The notes beneath the pieces are model-generated. The model was not told where the DNA came from, searched no databases, and saw nothing but the letters and a program-made list of their open reading frames with translations. A program made the position numbers and the translations under genes. A stretch of 64,000 nucleotides of DNA, taken from a phage. The stretch lies in the NCBI GenBank assembly GCA_024682255.1, contig GCA_024682255.1_4716.1. One strand, 5' to 3'. Of the stretch, positions 20,264 through 29,388 are shown piece by piece; positions within the stretch are counted from its first letter, which is position 1, and every line of letters starts with the position of its first letter.

Positions 20264-20639
20264 CGGTGTCGTCCTCGCTAATTTCCTCACCTCCTTGTTG
20301 TCGATATCCGGTATAATGAATCAGACTGCTCTGTAGAAGCTCTTTAACGAGCCCTAGACGCGTTTTATCTGTTTCATTGGACGTTTCCATTAATGTTTCT
20401 ATTTCGTTGTTTAAAACAGCGTATAGCGCTTCTAACGGCAATCCTTGGATGATTGGTTTGTTGGTACCTTCCGGTAGTGCCGCAACAGGAATCTGCACGA
20501 CGGTTTCATGTGCGGTATGTGGGTTGATACGGCAAATATACATACCGGGTACTGAATGTCGCGGGCACGCCGCTACCAAGCATGTCTGTTGCTGCGCACC
20601 GTTAAGTGCGAGTGAAAGAAATTTTGCTTCACGTGTCAT
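20256..20639 (-). CDS. hypothetical protein (127 aa)
   Basis: ATG at 20639. Confidence 0.7.
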   Translation of the reverse strand: MTREAKFLSLALNGAQQQTCLVAACPRHSVPGMYICRINPHTAHETVVQIPVAALPEGTNKPIIQGLPLEALYAVLNNEIETLMETSNETDKTRLGLVKELLQSSLIHYTGYRQQGGEEISEDDTDA

Positions 20640-20690
20640 CGCAGATTCCTGTTTGAAAGATAAGATATCACATGATGGTCGACAGCATAA

Positions 20691-20712
20691 AGCCCACCCC
20701 GAAGGGCGGGCT
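20691..20712 (-). terminator. Intrinsic terminator of the 1128-aa gene
   Basis: On the minus-strand RNA this reads AGCCCGCCC-UUCG-GGGUGGGCU followed by UUUAUGCUG. The stem contains a G-U wobble on the minus-strand RNA but an A-C mismatch on the plus strand, so it is strand-specific. Confidence 0.65.
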
Positions 20713-20727
20713 GTTTATGCTTACGGA

Positions 20728-23700
20728 TTACTTGTAGGCACCGCAATGGGCTTTGATGAGGAAAAGCACTGCTTGCATCGGTTTATTGAACTGTTGCCAT
20801 AACGTCAATGCAGGATGGAACAACCAATCTTCCAGGCCGAGAACAATACCGTAGTTAACGACATTATTAACGTCGTTCTCAATGTTGAGTTCGCTGTCCA
20901 GGAATTTATCGATTGAACGCAGGGTCTGCATGGCATTGTCAGCAATAAGCCAAGCTTCATGCGCTTCACGAGCCGCACGCAGCACTGCTTCCAGTTCGCT
21001 GATAGTAGCTACCGGTAATTCCTCACTGGTAAGGTCGTCAGAAACCGTAAACTGGCGATTGATACCGGTGTAGATCCACTGCATCAGTTTCGCTGCTTCC
21101 TCGTTCGGGTTGTTACGCGTTGTCGCATAAGTCGCGCTCACCTTCACGATGTGCGTTTCACCAAGATACGCTTTGGAACCAACGCCTTTACGATCGCTGT
21201 TTTTCCACGGTTGTACGGTAGCGACCATGAGCTTATCCCATTTCTGAATAGGAATACGCTTCAGACCAACAACCGATCCAGCGGATGTTTCGGACTGGTT
21301 GCTCTTCCGCACTTCGCTGAGTTCACGATCGATAGCAACGATTAATTCGCGTGTCATGTTACCAAGCATTTTGATTTCACCCAACGCAGCGATGAGCTTC
21401 TTCACGTCGGTAACAGGTTCACCACCGATGGTAAGATGACGGATGAAACGTTTCAGAATAATCCGTTCTGCTGCTGGGTTACCACGACGCGCTTTAGCCA
21501 ATGCTTGCTGCGTTTCGGCGAACAGCTTATCCCATGGAGCCGTAGCAGCAGTATAGTAACGATGATTGGTTTCGATCCAATTACCGATACGGTTGACCGC
21601 ACTCTTAACGGTATCCATGAATCCTTCCATCGCAATTTCGGTAGCTTCGACGTTACCCTGGAAGTTATCAGGACCGATCTCACGTGCCGCTACCAGAATA
21701 CCTTCCACAGCACTCACCGCATGGCGACCGATAGCCAGATTTCGCTGTGCTTCTTCAGCACGCTCAACGAATTCCACCACCGCAGGATCATCAACGATTT
21801 CCGCCTCAGCAACAACACGTGTACCGGCATCGCCTTCCAGCGTCTCGATCGTTACAACAGGATCGTTTTCACCAGCAACATCCTGGTACTCTTCCTGTTT
21901 AAGATCACCGTTATCTGCCGCAGCGATAGCGTTCATTATGCGGATGGTGACCTCACCAAGTTCTTGCGAAACGAATCCATAAACGGTGCAAGCAGTCGTT
22001 GCGAAGTTCATCAATGTGCGCGTACGCTGCGTGATGTAACGTGCGCCGGATTCGTTTTCCAGTTTATCGAGATCCCGGATTAACTGCTCGGCTGTTTCTT
22101 GAAGCTGTGTTACCGCCTTCAAGAGATCTTCGTCGAACAGTTTCTTCGATGCATCAACTAACATATCAGCATTGACGTTGGATGGTACCGTATCGCCTTG
22201 CTGTTTCATCTCGCTCAGCTCATCGCGGAACTTACGGATACCTTCTAAAGCGTCGTCAACGGAATATCCGAATGCCTTAACGCCCGCCATTCCGAGAGCT
22301 GCTTTCATATCGCCAGGATGTTGAACTTGCTCGCCTTCCTTGCTGTTCTTTAACTCATCGAAATATTGACGTGATGCGTCCGCAATACGCTTGCTGTCTT
22401 TTACTGCGTTAACGATCTTATCAACCGATTTCGAATCGTTTGCAAGTAACGTGTCAAGCTTGTTCCATGCAACATCAACTTTCTTCCCGTTGTTAGCCTC
22501 GCCCGGCGGTGGAAGCAGCTTCATCACTGGTGTTGTGCGTTGTTCTTTGGTGAGCTTACCAGCTTTCTCTTCGATTTTCTTTTTATTAACACCGAAAAGT
22601 TTTCTTAGGCGCGCCACGATGGCTTTTAAGAACTTCACAACCGCTTCGTAAACCGATTTCAGGATCTGTTTAAAGCGACCGGGTTTCTTGTCACCGTCTT
22701 CCAGATTAAGATCGCTGTTCAGTGCGACATCAAGCTGTTTGTACGATTCCATGATGTATTCGTCTTTGATTTCAGGACGAATCTCGAAGCTTTCCATCGG
22801 ACCTTCAGCCGGACGGAATTCCATTTTCAGTTCGCCTTGCAGGGTAGGGTCGACAATGGCGATCGCTTCACCCTGACCATCAGCGTTAAAGCGTTCAGCG
22901 TAACGAGTACGGCGAACAATAACACTCTTATCCCCATCAAGACGACGTACCACCATGGTACCAGGAATGTATGGTTGTTCTGTTTCAATGACGGTTACAT
23001 CTGCTTCACCTTCGCCGAGAATAACAGATGCACGCTGTTCAACAACAGGAACATCTAATACACCACGGGCTTCCAGCTCTTGATGAATTTCGAACGACTC
23101 TTGTTTCAGATCTTCATCTTCTTCGTTTTCGTCGTCTTCATCATCGTCACCTTTGGTGTTTTCATCACCTTTGGTGGCTGTGGTGTCGGTAGCATCAGCA
23201 TCAGCGTCGGTGTTGGTAGCGTCTTCGGTCGCAGGTTCGGTGGTGTTGTCCTCCGTGGACGACCCGTCAGTGTTATCGACGTCAACATCACCTTGCAGTT
23301 CTGTTTCCTGAGCAACTGCTTCGGCTTTCTGCTCGCCGGTATTACCGTCATTAGCGTCGACAACAGGTTGTTCGTCAGCGACGGTATCTTCAACCTTTTC
23401 TACTTTCTCCACGACACGTTTAATCACGGTGACTTTGATGGGTTCTTCCGTTGTTTTGGTTTCTGGCGTCACCTCGGCTGCCGCAGCCGCTGTTTCAGCA
23501 ACAGGTTCTGCTTTTTCCGGTTCGACGACATTACCTTTAACGCCTTCGGTGGTTTCTGCAGGTTGCGCTGCCTGTTCGATTTGTGCCGGATTGGTTGGAT
23601 CGATGGCGTTAGCTGCATCCTGAATCTTGTTCTTCAGGTTGTCGCGGTCGGCGTTAACGGTCGGGTCATTGGTCACTTTCGGTGCCGGTGTTTCGGTCGG

Positions 23701-24114
23701 TGCGTTTGCCGGATACGGGTTCTTCGGCTCTTCGCCAGGTGCGGTCGGTACCGCGATCAGAACGAACGGTTGAACATCGTTACCGTCTTCCATGGTCACG
23801 CCGCCGTTGCTCGGTGTGAAACGAATTCGCAAGCTACCATCAATAGGACGGGTCACAATAACAGCACGTACGACATCTTCACCGTTTTCATCCGTGCTAC
23901 GAATCACACGAACAGCGTCATCAACAGTAGCCCCTTCCTCGAGCGTATCTGATTCGATCGTCGCTTCGATGCTGTCTGGCCGTGCCGCTGTAGGTAATGC
24001 GATCACTTGCTCTTCTTTATCAGTAGAAAGCGTTGCTTTGACTTCGATAGGTGTATCGCCGCTTTCCAGGTTAAGATGCGACTTACGCATCAGATCAGCT
24101 AACGATTTTTTCAT
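20728..24114 (-). CDS. hypothetical large protein (1128 aa) with acidic low-complexity stretches
   Basis: ATG at 24114. Contains TKGDENTKGDDDEDDENEEDEDLKQ and Ala/Glu/Thr/Pro-rich segments. By position it leads the paralog cluster. Confidence 0.8.
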   Translation of the reverse strand: MKKSLADLMRKSHLNLESGDTPIEVKATLSTDKEEQVIALPTAARPDSIEATIESDTLEEGATVDDAVRVIRSTDENGEDVVRAVIVTRPIDGSLRIRFTPSNGGVTMEDGNDVQPFVLIAVPTAPGEEPKNPYPANAPTETPAPKVTNDPTVNADRDNLKNKIQDAANAIDPTNPAQIEQAAQPAETTEGVKGNVVEPEKAEPVAETAAAAAEVTPETKTTEEPIKVTVIKRVVEKVEKVEDTVADEQPVVDANDGNTGEQKAEAVAQETELQGDVDVDNTDGSSTEDNTTEPATEDATNTDADADATDTTATKGDENTKGDDDEDDENEEDEDLKQESFEIHQELEARGVLDVPVVEQRASVILGEGEADVTVIETEQPYIPGTMVVRRLDGDKSVIVRRTRYAERFNADGQGEAIAIVDPTLQGELKMEFRPAEGPMESFEIRPEIKDEYIMESYKQLDVALNSDLNLEDGDKKPGRFKQILKSVYEAVVKFLKAIVARLRKLFGVNKKKIEEKAGKLTKEQRTTPVMKLLPPPGEANNGKKVDVAWNKLDTLLANDSKSVDKIVNAVKDSKRIADASRQYFDELKNSKEGEQVQHPGDMKAALGMAGVKAFGYSVDDALEGIRKFRDELSEMKQQGDTVPSNVNADMLVDASKKLFDEDLLKAVTQLQETAEQLIRDLDKLENESGARYITQRTRTLMNFATTACTVYGFVSQELGEVTIRIMNAIAAADNGDLKQEEYQDVAGENDPVVTIETLEGDAGTRVVAEAEIVDDPAVVEFVERAEEAQRNLAIGRHAVSAVEGILVAAREIGPDNFQGNVEATEIAMEGFMDTVKSAVNRIGNWIETNHRYYTAATAPWDKLFAETQQALAKARRGNPAAERIILKRFIRHLTIGGEPVTDVKKLIAALGEIKMLGNMTRELIVAIDRELSEVRKSNQSETSAGSVVGLKRIPIQKWDKLMVATVQPWKNSDRKGVGSKAYLGETHIVKVSATYATTRNNPNEEAAKLMQWIYTGINRQFTVSDDLTSEELPVATISELEAVLRAAREAHEAWLIADNAMQTLRSIDKFLDSELNIENDVNNVVNYGIVLGLEDWLFHPALTLWQQFNKPMQAVLFLIKAHCGAYK

Positions 24115-24129
24115 AAAGCGTTATTCCTC

Positions 24130-25236
24130 TTAAAAGTAATATTTCAGCGCCTCGCGAGAGACATCAAGCATAGCCGCCGTTGAATTCGTAAAGAACTCGG
24201 CATAGCCCACAAGCGGCACCTTGATCCACGCGGTATACGCTGTAAGGTATCGAGAAAGGGCTACCATAGCATCATCAGAAGCAGTAGTAACTGACAACTG
24301 ACCTTGTTGACGATAAACGTCGTTAAGTTTTGCTTGTAGATTCCCTGCGATTTCGAGTAACTCGTTGGCGTACTTTTTACGATGGTAACTAACCAGCAAA
24401 TCAACACCCGTATTTACAGACTCGAGTAGCACACCAACTTGTTCTAATGTTGGCATTGTAACCACCATATCCCGTTCAACGGACGGTACATCCTGGACTT
24501 CAAACCGTGCGGATTGAATAGCAAGGGATTGTTGAATTGGACCAGAACCTGAGGCGGTAACCTGATCGAGTCGCAGCACACGGTTGCCCAGTAACGTTAC
24601 GTTGACGAGTCTCGATTCGTTCAGCGTACTGTAGACTTTATGCAATAACGTGTACGCATCACGGTTAATCACATCGATTAATGCGGTATCCGTCTGTTTT
24701 AAGATAATGTCGAGCGCTCTATCTAACGTATTAGCGAACTGCTTGAAATCATCACGGAATGACGAAGACAAGAGATATTCAGCGATTGCTAAATTCTGCT
24801 TGTATAACGTATTCCCGGTCGTGAAATCGAACCCAAAACTGTTTCCATACCGTAGGTGCGGAGCCAGCGTTGACGAAGCTTCGAAGCTTTGCGCGATGGG
24901 TTTACGACCAACGGCTTTTGTGTAATGACGACGGATGTTACTGAGTTCAAGTTGTAGTGCGCGACTACGATCGATAAACCGTGCGATAAACGCGGTGATG
25001 TTTCGCAACGTTGTCCAGATTGCATCGATGATAGCTTTGATGATTTTCATCGCAAGCTGATCGTACGATTCCATTGTGAGGAGATCAGCACTTTCTGTGG
25101 TATAACCGGTCGTCGGAATACCGCCTGCTTGCTGATAAATAAGCTGGTGAATTTGTCGTTGCGTTGCTGTCTCTGGCACAGGTAATGTTTTTAACAAGCT
25201 TAACGCTTGAATCTGTCCATCATAGGTCTGCAGCAT
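24130..25236 (-). CDS. hypothetical protein, member of a tandem paralog family (possible virion internal protein)
   Basis: The track's start at 25287 overlaps the upstream gene; the in-frame ATG at 25236 with GAGGAAA is used. Shares a hydrophobic helix-like core with the next three genes. Confidence 0.6.
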   Translation of the reverse strand: MLQTYDGQIQALSLLKTLPVPETATQRQIHQLIYQQAGGIPTTGYTTESADLLTMESYDQLAMKIIKAIIDAIWTTLRNITAFIARFIDRSRALQLELSNIRRHYTKAVGRKPIAQSFEASSTLAPHLRYGNSFGFDFTTGNTLYKQNLAIAEYLLSSSFRDDFKQFANTLDRALDIILKQTDTALIDVINRDAYTLLHKVYSTLNESRLVNVTLLGNRVLRLDQVTASGSGPIQQSLAIQSARFEVQDVPSVERDMVVTMPTLEQVGVLLESVNTGVDLLVSYHRKKYANELLEIAGNLQAKLNDVYRQQGQLSVTTASDDAMVALSRYLTAYTAWIKVPLVGYAEFFTNSTAAMLDVSREALKYYF

Positions 25237-26521
25237 TGCTGGTTTCCTCAAGTTCGAGATGCGCATCAAGATAATCATTAAGACCATCGATGACGTCGCA
25301 GACAGTTAACAGGAATCGGGCAAAAGCGACCGCCTGGAAGCCGACGACGTTACGCGCGATACCTACACGTTGAACGATAGCGGATGCGGCGGTATCGTTG
25401 TTGTCCATCTGTTGTAGCAAACGCTCGTAAGGTTGAATCCATTCGTCCTGGTCGGCAAGGCTTGCTTCAAGACAACGCTTAAATTCTAACTGTCGCAGCG
25501 TAGACCATAACGTACTTAATGCGTTGATGATTGCGTTGGTTCCGTCGATAACATCGTTTAACGGCAAGAAACGGAATCCGTCTTTTGCTGATTGGAAAGA
25601 TACGGCTTCCCACACAACGCTGAACTGCGTTCCTGTTGCGTCTTCGATGTTGTGTAATTTAAGATAGGAAGCACCAACAGGTACGTCAACGACCAGATCG
25701 TCTGTTCCGGTAGGCGTTAACGGCTTCTCGCATAACGCATCGTTGATGACTTCGAGGATATTCTCCCAACAGGCTTCGTTTTCTGCAGCGATACCTTCTT
25801 TGTTATCCGCTGATGGTGCTTTTAGTAGCTGCATTAATAACGGATCAAGTTGACGATGCCATGCTGCGAGGATTCCTGTGTTCGTTACGATGTTTTCTGC
25901 GGTTTGTCGTAAATCAGCAATACTGCTTACCGCACCGCCTTTCGGATGAAGATACCGCCAGTTATAAGGAAAGTTCTCCCAGAATGCGTTATCTTCATTA
26001 ACGTCGTATTCGGAAATATTTTTCAACGCAGTCGCTTTCTTTAATAACGGCTTCACCTGACGAACGAATCGACGATAACAACGATTGCAGATATCGATCG
26101 CGTAGCGGTACAATTCGTTCATGTAAAGCCATAACGCTCGGGTTGCTTCTTTTGCGGTCTTGTCAAAACTTTCCATGTTCAGGCTCATTCCGCTGGAAGT
26201 TTCCTCTTCCAGACCCTCGATGATGTGGTTTGGGTCCATTCCCATTCCAGCTGCTGCGGTCGATGCGATATGTTTGATGGTGCTGATATCGCGTTCTTCA
26301 ACTTCAGCCATGTTTGGGACAATATCCAGCCTGAGTTTATTTAATGTTTGAAGGTGTTGTTCACCTTCTTTCATCACCGTGTTTGTTTCGTCGATTGAGT
26401 GAAACTGATTCTCAATATTACCGGCATCGAGAATATTGCCAGCGATACCGAACGATTCTACAGGTTCATCATCAATCCCTTGAAACAACGATGTCATGGG
26501 TTGTTGTAACACGTTTTCCAT
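25220..26521 (-). CDS. hypothetical protein, tandem paralog family member (433 aa)
   Basis: ATG at 26521 with AGGAG upstream. Core ISTIKHIASTAAAGMGMD...ATRALWLYMNELYRYAIDI aligns with the neighbours. Confidence 0.8.
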   Translation of the reverse strand: MENVLQQPMTSLFQGIDDEPVESFGIAGNILDAGNIENQFHSIDETNTVMKEGEQHLQTLNKLRLDIVPNMAEVEERDISTIKHIASTAAAGMGMDPNHIIEGLEEETSSGMSLNMESFDKTAKEATRALWLYMNELYRYAIDICNRCYRRFVRQVKPLLKKATALKNISEYDVNEDNAFWENFPYNWRYLHPKGGAVSSIADLRQTAENIVTNTGILAAWHRQLDPLLMQLLKAPSADNKEGIAAENEACWENILEVINDALCEKPLTPTGTDDLVVDVPVGASYLKLHNIEDATGTQFSVVWEAVSFQSAKDGFRFLPLNDVIDGTNAIINALSTLWSTLRQLEFKRCLEASLADQDEWIQPYERLLQQMDNNDTAASAIVQRVGIARNVVGFQAVAFARFLLTVCDVIDGLNDYLDAHLELEETSNAADL

Positions 26522-26628
26522 TTGGGACTCCTACGTAGGAAAATCTTGGCGGGTGATCATGTCCGCCATTTACCTTCTGAACCGTTGATTCAGAAGTCAA
26601 AAGATAACCGGATACCAACGCCATAAAA

Positions 26629-26660
26629 CCTTCCTCCAACCCAACAGGGAAGGAGGAAGG
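26629..26660 (-). terminator. Hairpin of the dispersed family (ccttcctcc variant)
   Basis: Arms ccttcctcc / ggaggaagg carry compensatory changes relative to the core type. Confidence 0.55.
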
Positions 26661-26670
26661 GATATGGTGA

Positions 26671-27960
26671 TTATGCTTTTTCGGTTACAGCATCGAAATA
26701 TTTCGCTGCGGCAAATACAGCATCTGCATATTGACGGTTAGCAACACGGAGAATCTTAGCTGCTAATACCGCGCTCAATCGCGCCATTTCAGAAATGGCG
26801 CTTATATAAGGGCGAACGGTTTCACGATCTGCTTCCGGTAGATTGTCGAGCATACCGTCCCATTTAGTTTTAATTTTCATACCGTTTAGTTTAGCGGTAC
26901 GTTCGACAGTACTCGTTAAACTTTCTGTCTGGCGAAAATACGCGGGGTCAACGACACGAAACGCGTTAAGATACGAAGTCAGTGCGGCTTTCAATTCGTC
27001 GTCGTTATTGAAAATGTTCGCGTTTTCGATACTACCGGTCGCGGTTTCTTCAACTTCGATCTGAATATTCTTCACGAGCGCGCAGGCCTTAATGGTATCT
27101 TTCTCAGCCAAAAGAGCGTCAAGACCTTTAACAACATATCGTTTCCCACCGCTTTCTGGTATTTTGAGTCCTTTTAACGCAGGCTTGATGGCGTAAATAT
27201 AATCGTCCAGAATATCGGCAAGTGTCGTCAAATCGGTTAGTTTATTAACTTTCTTGTTAATGTCGTCAGTTTGGAGTAGTAAAAAAGCGGATGCTTGTGT
27301 GGATGCCGCTAACTGCTCAATATGTTTACGAACCTCCAACGCGTTAACCATTTTTGCGTTAGGGAACATGCTAATCATATTCCCGGTCGGTTTATTTAGT
27401 TGTTTGATGTGACGCTCGCCTTTATTTACAGCGGTTGCAACATCGGTAATTTTTTTATACGCTACCGCAAGGTTTTTGAAAAGCAGCTGAATCAGTTTAC
27501 ATAGCTGTTCAGCCATGTTCGCAATGATTACCCAAACTGCGTATAACGCTTGCGCAGCGCGTTCTTTAAAGCCTTCCAGCACAATAGCTTGCCCTTCCAC
27601 CAAACGATCGTCAGCTTGGAACATGTCTTCATCAGACATCCCCAGGTTAGCTGCTGACGTCGAAGCAATCTGACGGATAAGGGCGACGTCGCTCGCACGT
27701 GCTTCCGAGATCGTTGGTGCGATCATGTACGCTGTATCTTCCAGCGTTGCTGAGGTACGCACTGCAATTTCAGCCAGTTCGCTGGATTCATCGATCGTCT
27801 CGTCGGTGCGTCGAATCACCAACTCAACTTCGTCCTCTTCGATTTCCGCGTTAGGATCATTTTGCTCCGTCGGAATTGCCGCAAGAAGATCTTCGGCGCT
27901 GAGCAATGCGAGTTCGAATGCGTTTTTATTGACGTTATCGAAAAGAGAGATGCGGGCCAT
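26671..27960 (-). CDS. hypothetical protein, tandem paralog family member (429 aa)
   Basis: ATG at 27960 with AAGGAA upstream. Core TISEARASDVALIRQIASTSAANLGM...EGFKERAAQALYAVWVIIANMAEQL. Confidence 0.8.
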   Translation of the reverse strand: MARISLFDNVNKNAFELALLSAEDLLAAIPTEQNDPNAEIEEDEVELVIRRTDETIDESSELAEIAVRTSATLEDTAYMIAPTISEARASDVALIRQIASTSAANLGMSDEDMFQADDRLVEGQAIVLEGFKERAAQALYAVWVIIANMAEQLCKLIQLLFKNLAVAYKKITDVATAVNKGERHIKQLNKPTGNMISMFPNAKMVNALEVRKHIEQLAASTQASAFLLLQTDDINKKVNKLTDLTTLADILDDYIYAIKPALKGLKIPESGGKRYVVKGLDALLAEKDTIKACALVKNIQIEVEETATGSIENANIFNNDDELKAALTSYLNAFRVVDPAYFRQTESLTSTVERTAKLNGMKIKTKWDGMLDNLPEADRETVRPYISAISEMARLSAVLAAKILRVANRQYADAVFAAAKYFDAVTEKA

Positions 27961-27969
27961 GTTAGTTCC

Positions 27970-29286
27970 TTAACCTTTGGTATAAGCTTTAACGAGAGTG
28001 TTGATAAATGAAGTCAGTGCGCGAAGATACTGGTAAGCGAACTGGTTTTGAATACGGTTCTCTTTACCGCAAAGCAGAATCGCGCGCTTAACGAGCTTAG
28101 GATAGATCTCGATGTACGGTTGGTAGCTCGCATCAAAATTCTGCTCGTTGAAGCGTTTCATGGTGATTTCCTGGATGCGCTCCATGGTGCGAATTTTATT
28201 GCGAGAGAACATCTCAGAGAAAGCACGTCCGCGTTTTGTTACCATCAACAGATCTTTCGCGAACGTCAGTTGTCGAACGCTACGCAAATCGTCAGGTGTT
28301 GGTAGGACGTACGTTTCTGGATCGCTATCCCATTCAACATCTTCAACGACAATATCCAAGTCGAGGTAACGTTTAACCGCATCGATGATGTTGTCTTTTG
28401 ATGCGTCGAATTCTTTCAAGAAGACTGCGCCGTTGATGTAACGAATGCGTTTTCCGGAAACCGTTGGGGTGATAACGTCAGTACCTTCCACGGAACCGCG
28501 ATTTTCCAGTGTCGATTTGACAGCGTGCAAGAAAGACAGATAATCAACAGGAAGTTTTTCAACCTTATCTAAATGGAAGTCGATGATGTTTAATCCTAAC
28601 CCATCAATAACCGAATGACCATCCGATTTAAGGAACATCTGATTGAAGGTATCGATGTTGCTTTTCAGCGTGTCTACACCACCGACTTTGTTACGGTTAG
28701 GGAAAAGTGTCCGCCACTCCGCTTTAAACGCAACTTCTTTATTTTCCTCGTATTTGCCTTTAGGCATTTGTTCGAGGGCTGCAACGGCTTTCTGAAAATT
28801 GCGCGTCTCGTCGTAAACAAGACGGGTCAGCTTCTCGAAGGCTGCTGCCAAGGTCAGGGCAATATCAACAATGATATCCCAGATCTTTTTCATGGCTTTT
28901 ACAACGGTGTCCTTAAACCCTTCAACAACCAAAGCTTCTCCAACCTCAACACGATCGGTTGGCGTCAGCAATGCTTCGGAGGGTAGACCCAGAGCAATCG
29001 ACGCGGATTCTTGCACGTTACGAACTAATGCAACGTCACTGTAGTTAGCCGATTCGATAGTCGGAGCAACATCAAAACTGATTTCCCGTAATGCGGCAAC
29101 AGCAGGGAAAGCACGATCAAGTGCATCTTCATGTTCGTCGATTGTCGCCAAACGTAATTCAACGCCATCGGCATCGATGACATCGACTGTAGGCTCCACA
29201 GCAAGCGCCTCAGCAACAATAGGATCTTTTTCAAACGCCTCAAGGCTAATATCGCCTTGGGTCGCAAATAACGGTATGTGTACCAT
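27970..29286 (-). CDS. hypothetical protein, tandem paralog family member (about 438 aa)
   Basis: The track's start at 29310 is TTG; the ATG at 29284-29286 is used. Core TIESANYSDVALVRNVQESASIALGL...EGFKDTVVKAMKKIWDIIVDIALTL. Confidence 0.75.
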   Translation of the reverse strand: MVHIPLFATQGDISLEAFEKDPIVAEALAVEPTVDVIDADGVELRLATIDEHEDALDRAFPAVAALREISFDVAPTIESANYSDVALVRNVQESASIALGLPSEALLTPTDRVEVGEALVVEGFKDTVVKAMKKIWDIIVDIALTLAAAFEKLTRLVYDETRNFQKAVAALEQMPKGKYEENKEVAFKAEWRTLFPNRNKVGGVDTLKSNIDTFNQMFLKSDGHSVIDGLGLNIIDFHLDKVEKLPVDYLSFLHAVKSTLENRGSVEGTDVITPTVSGKRIRYINGAVFLKEFDASKDNIIDAVKRYLDLDIVVEDVEWDSDPETYVLPTPDDLRSVRQLTFAKDLLMVTKRGRAFSEMFSRNKIRTMERIQEITMKRFNEQNFDASYQPYIEIYPKLVKRAILLCGKENRIQNQFAYQYLRALTSFINTLVKAYTKG

Positions 29287-29334
29287 GTGTTGTCTCCAGT
29301 AATGATTCAAAAGATAAACCTGGACGGCATAGAA

Positions 29335-29366
29335 CCCTCTCCCAACCCGTCAGGGAAGGGAGAGGG
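29335..29366 (-). terminator. Hairpin of the dispersed family (core type, loop cccgtcaggg)
   Basis: ccctctccc / gggagaggg arms, preceded by catag on the plus strand. Confidence 0.6.
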
Positions 29367-29388
29367 AATATGTCAGTTTATTAACTGA

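Noticed and set aside
21436-23952. Several 140-290-aa plus-strand ORFs inside the 1128-aa minus-strand gene (e.g. 21436-22083, 23080-23952)
   Set aside because: Antisense frames with biased, repetitive translations (F/V/R/C-rich) and no start signals; fully contained in a well-supported gene.
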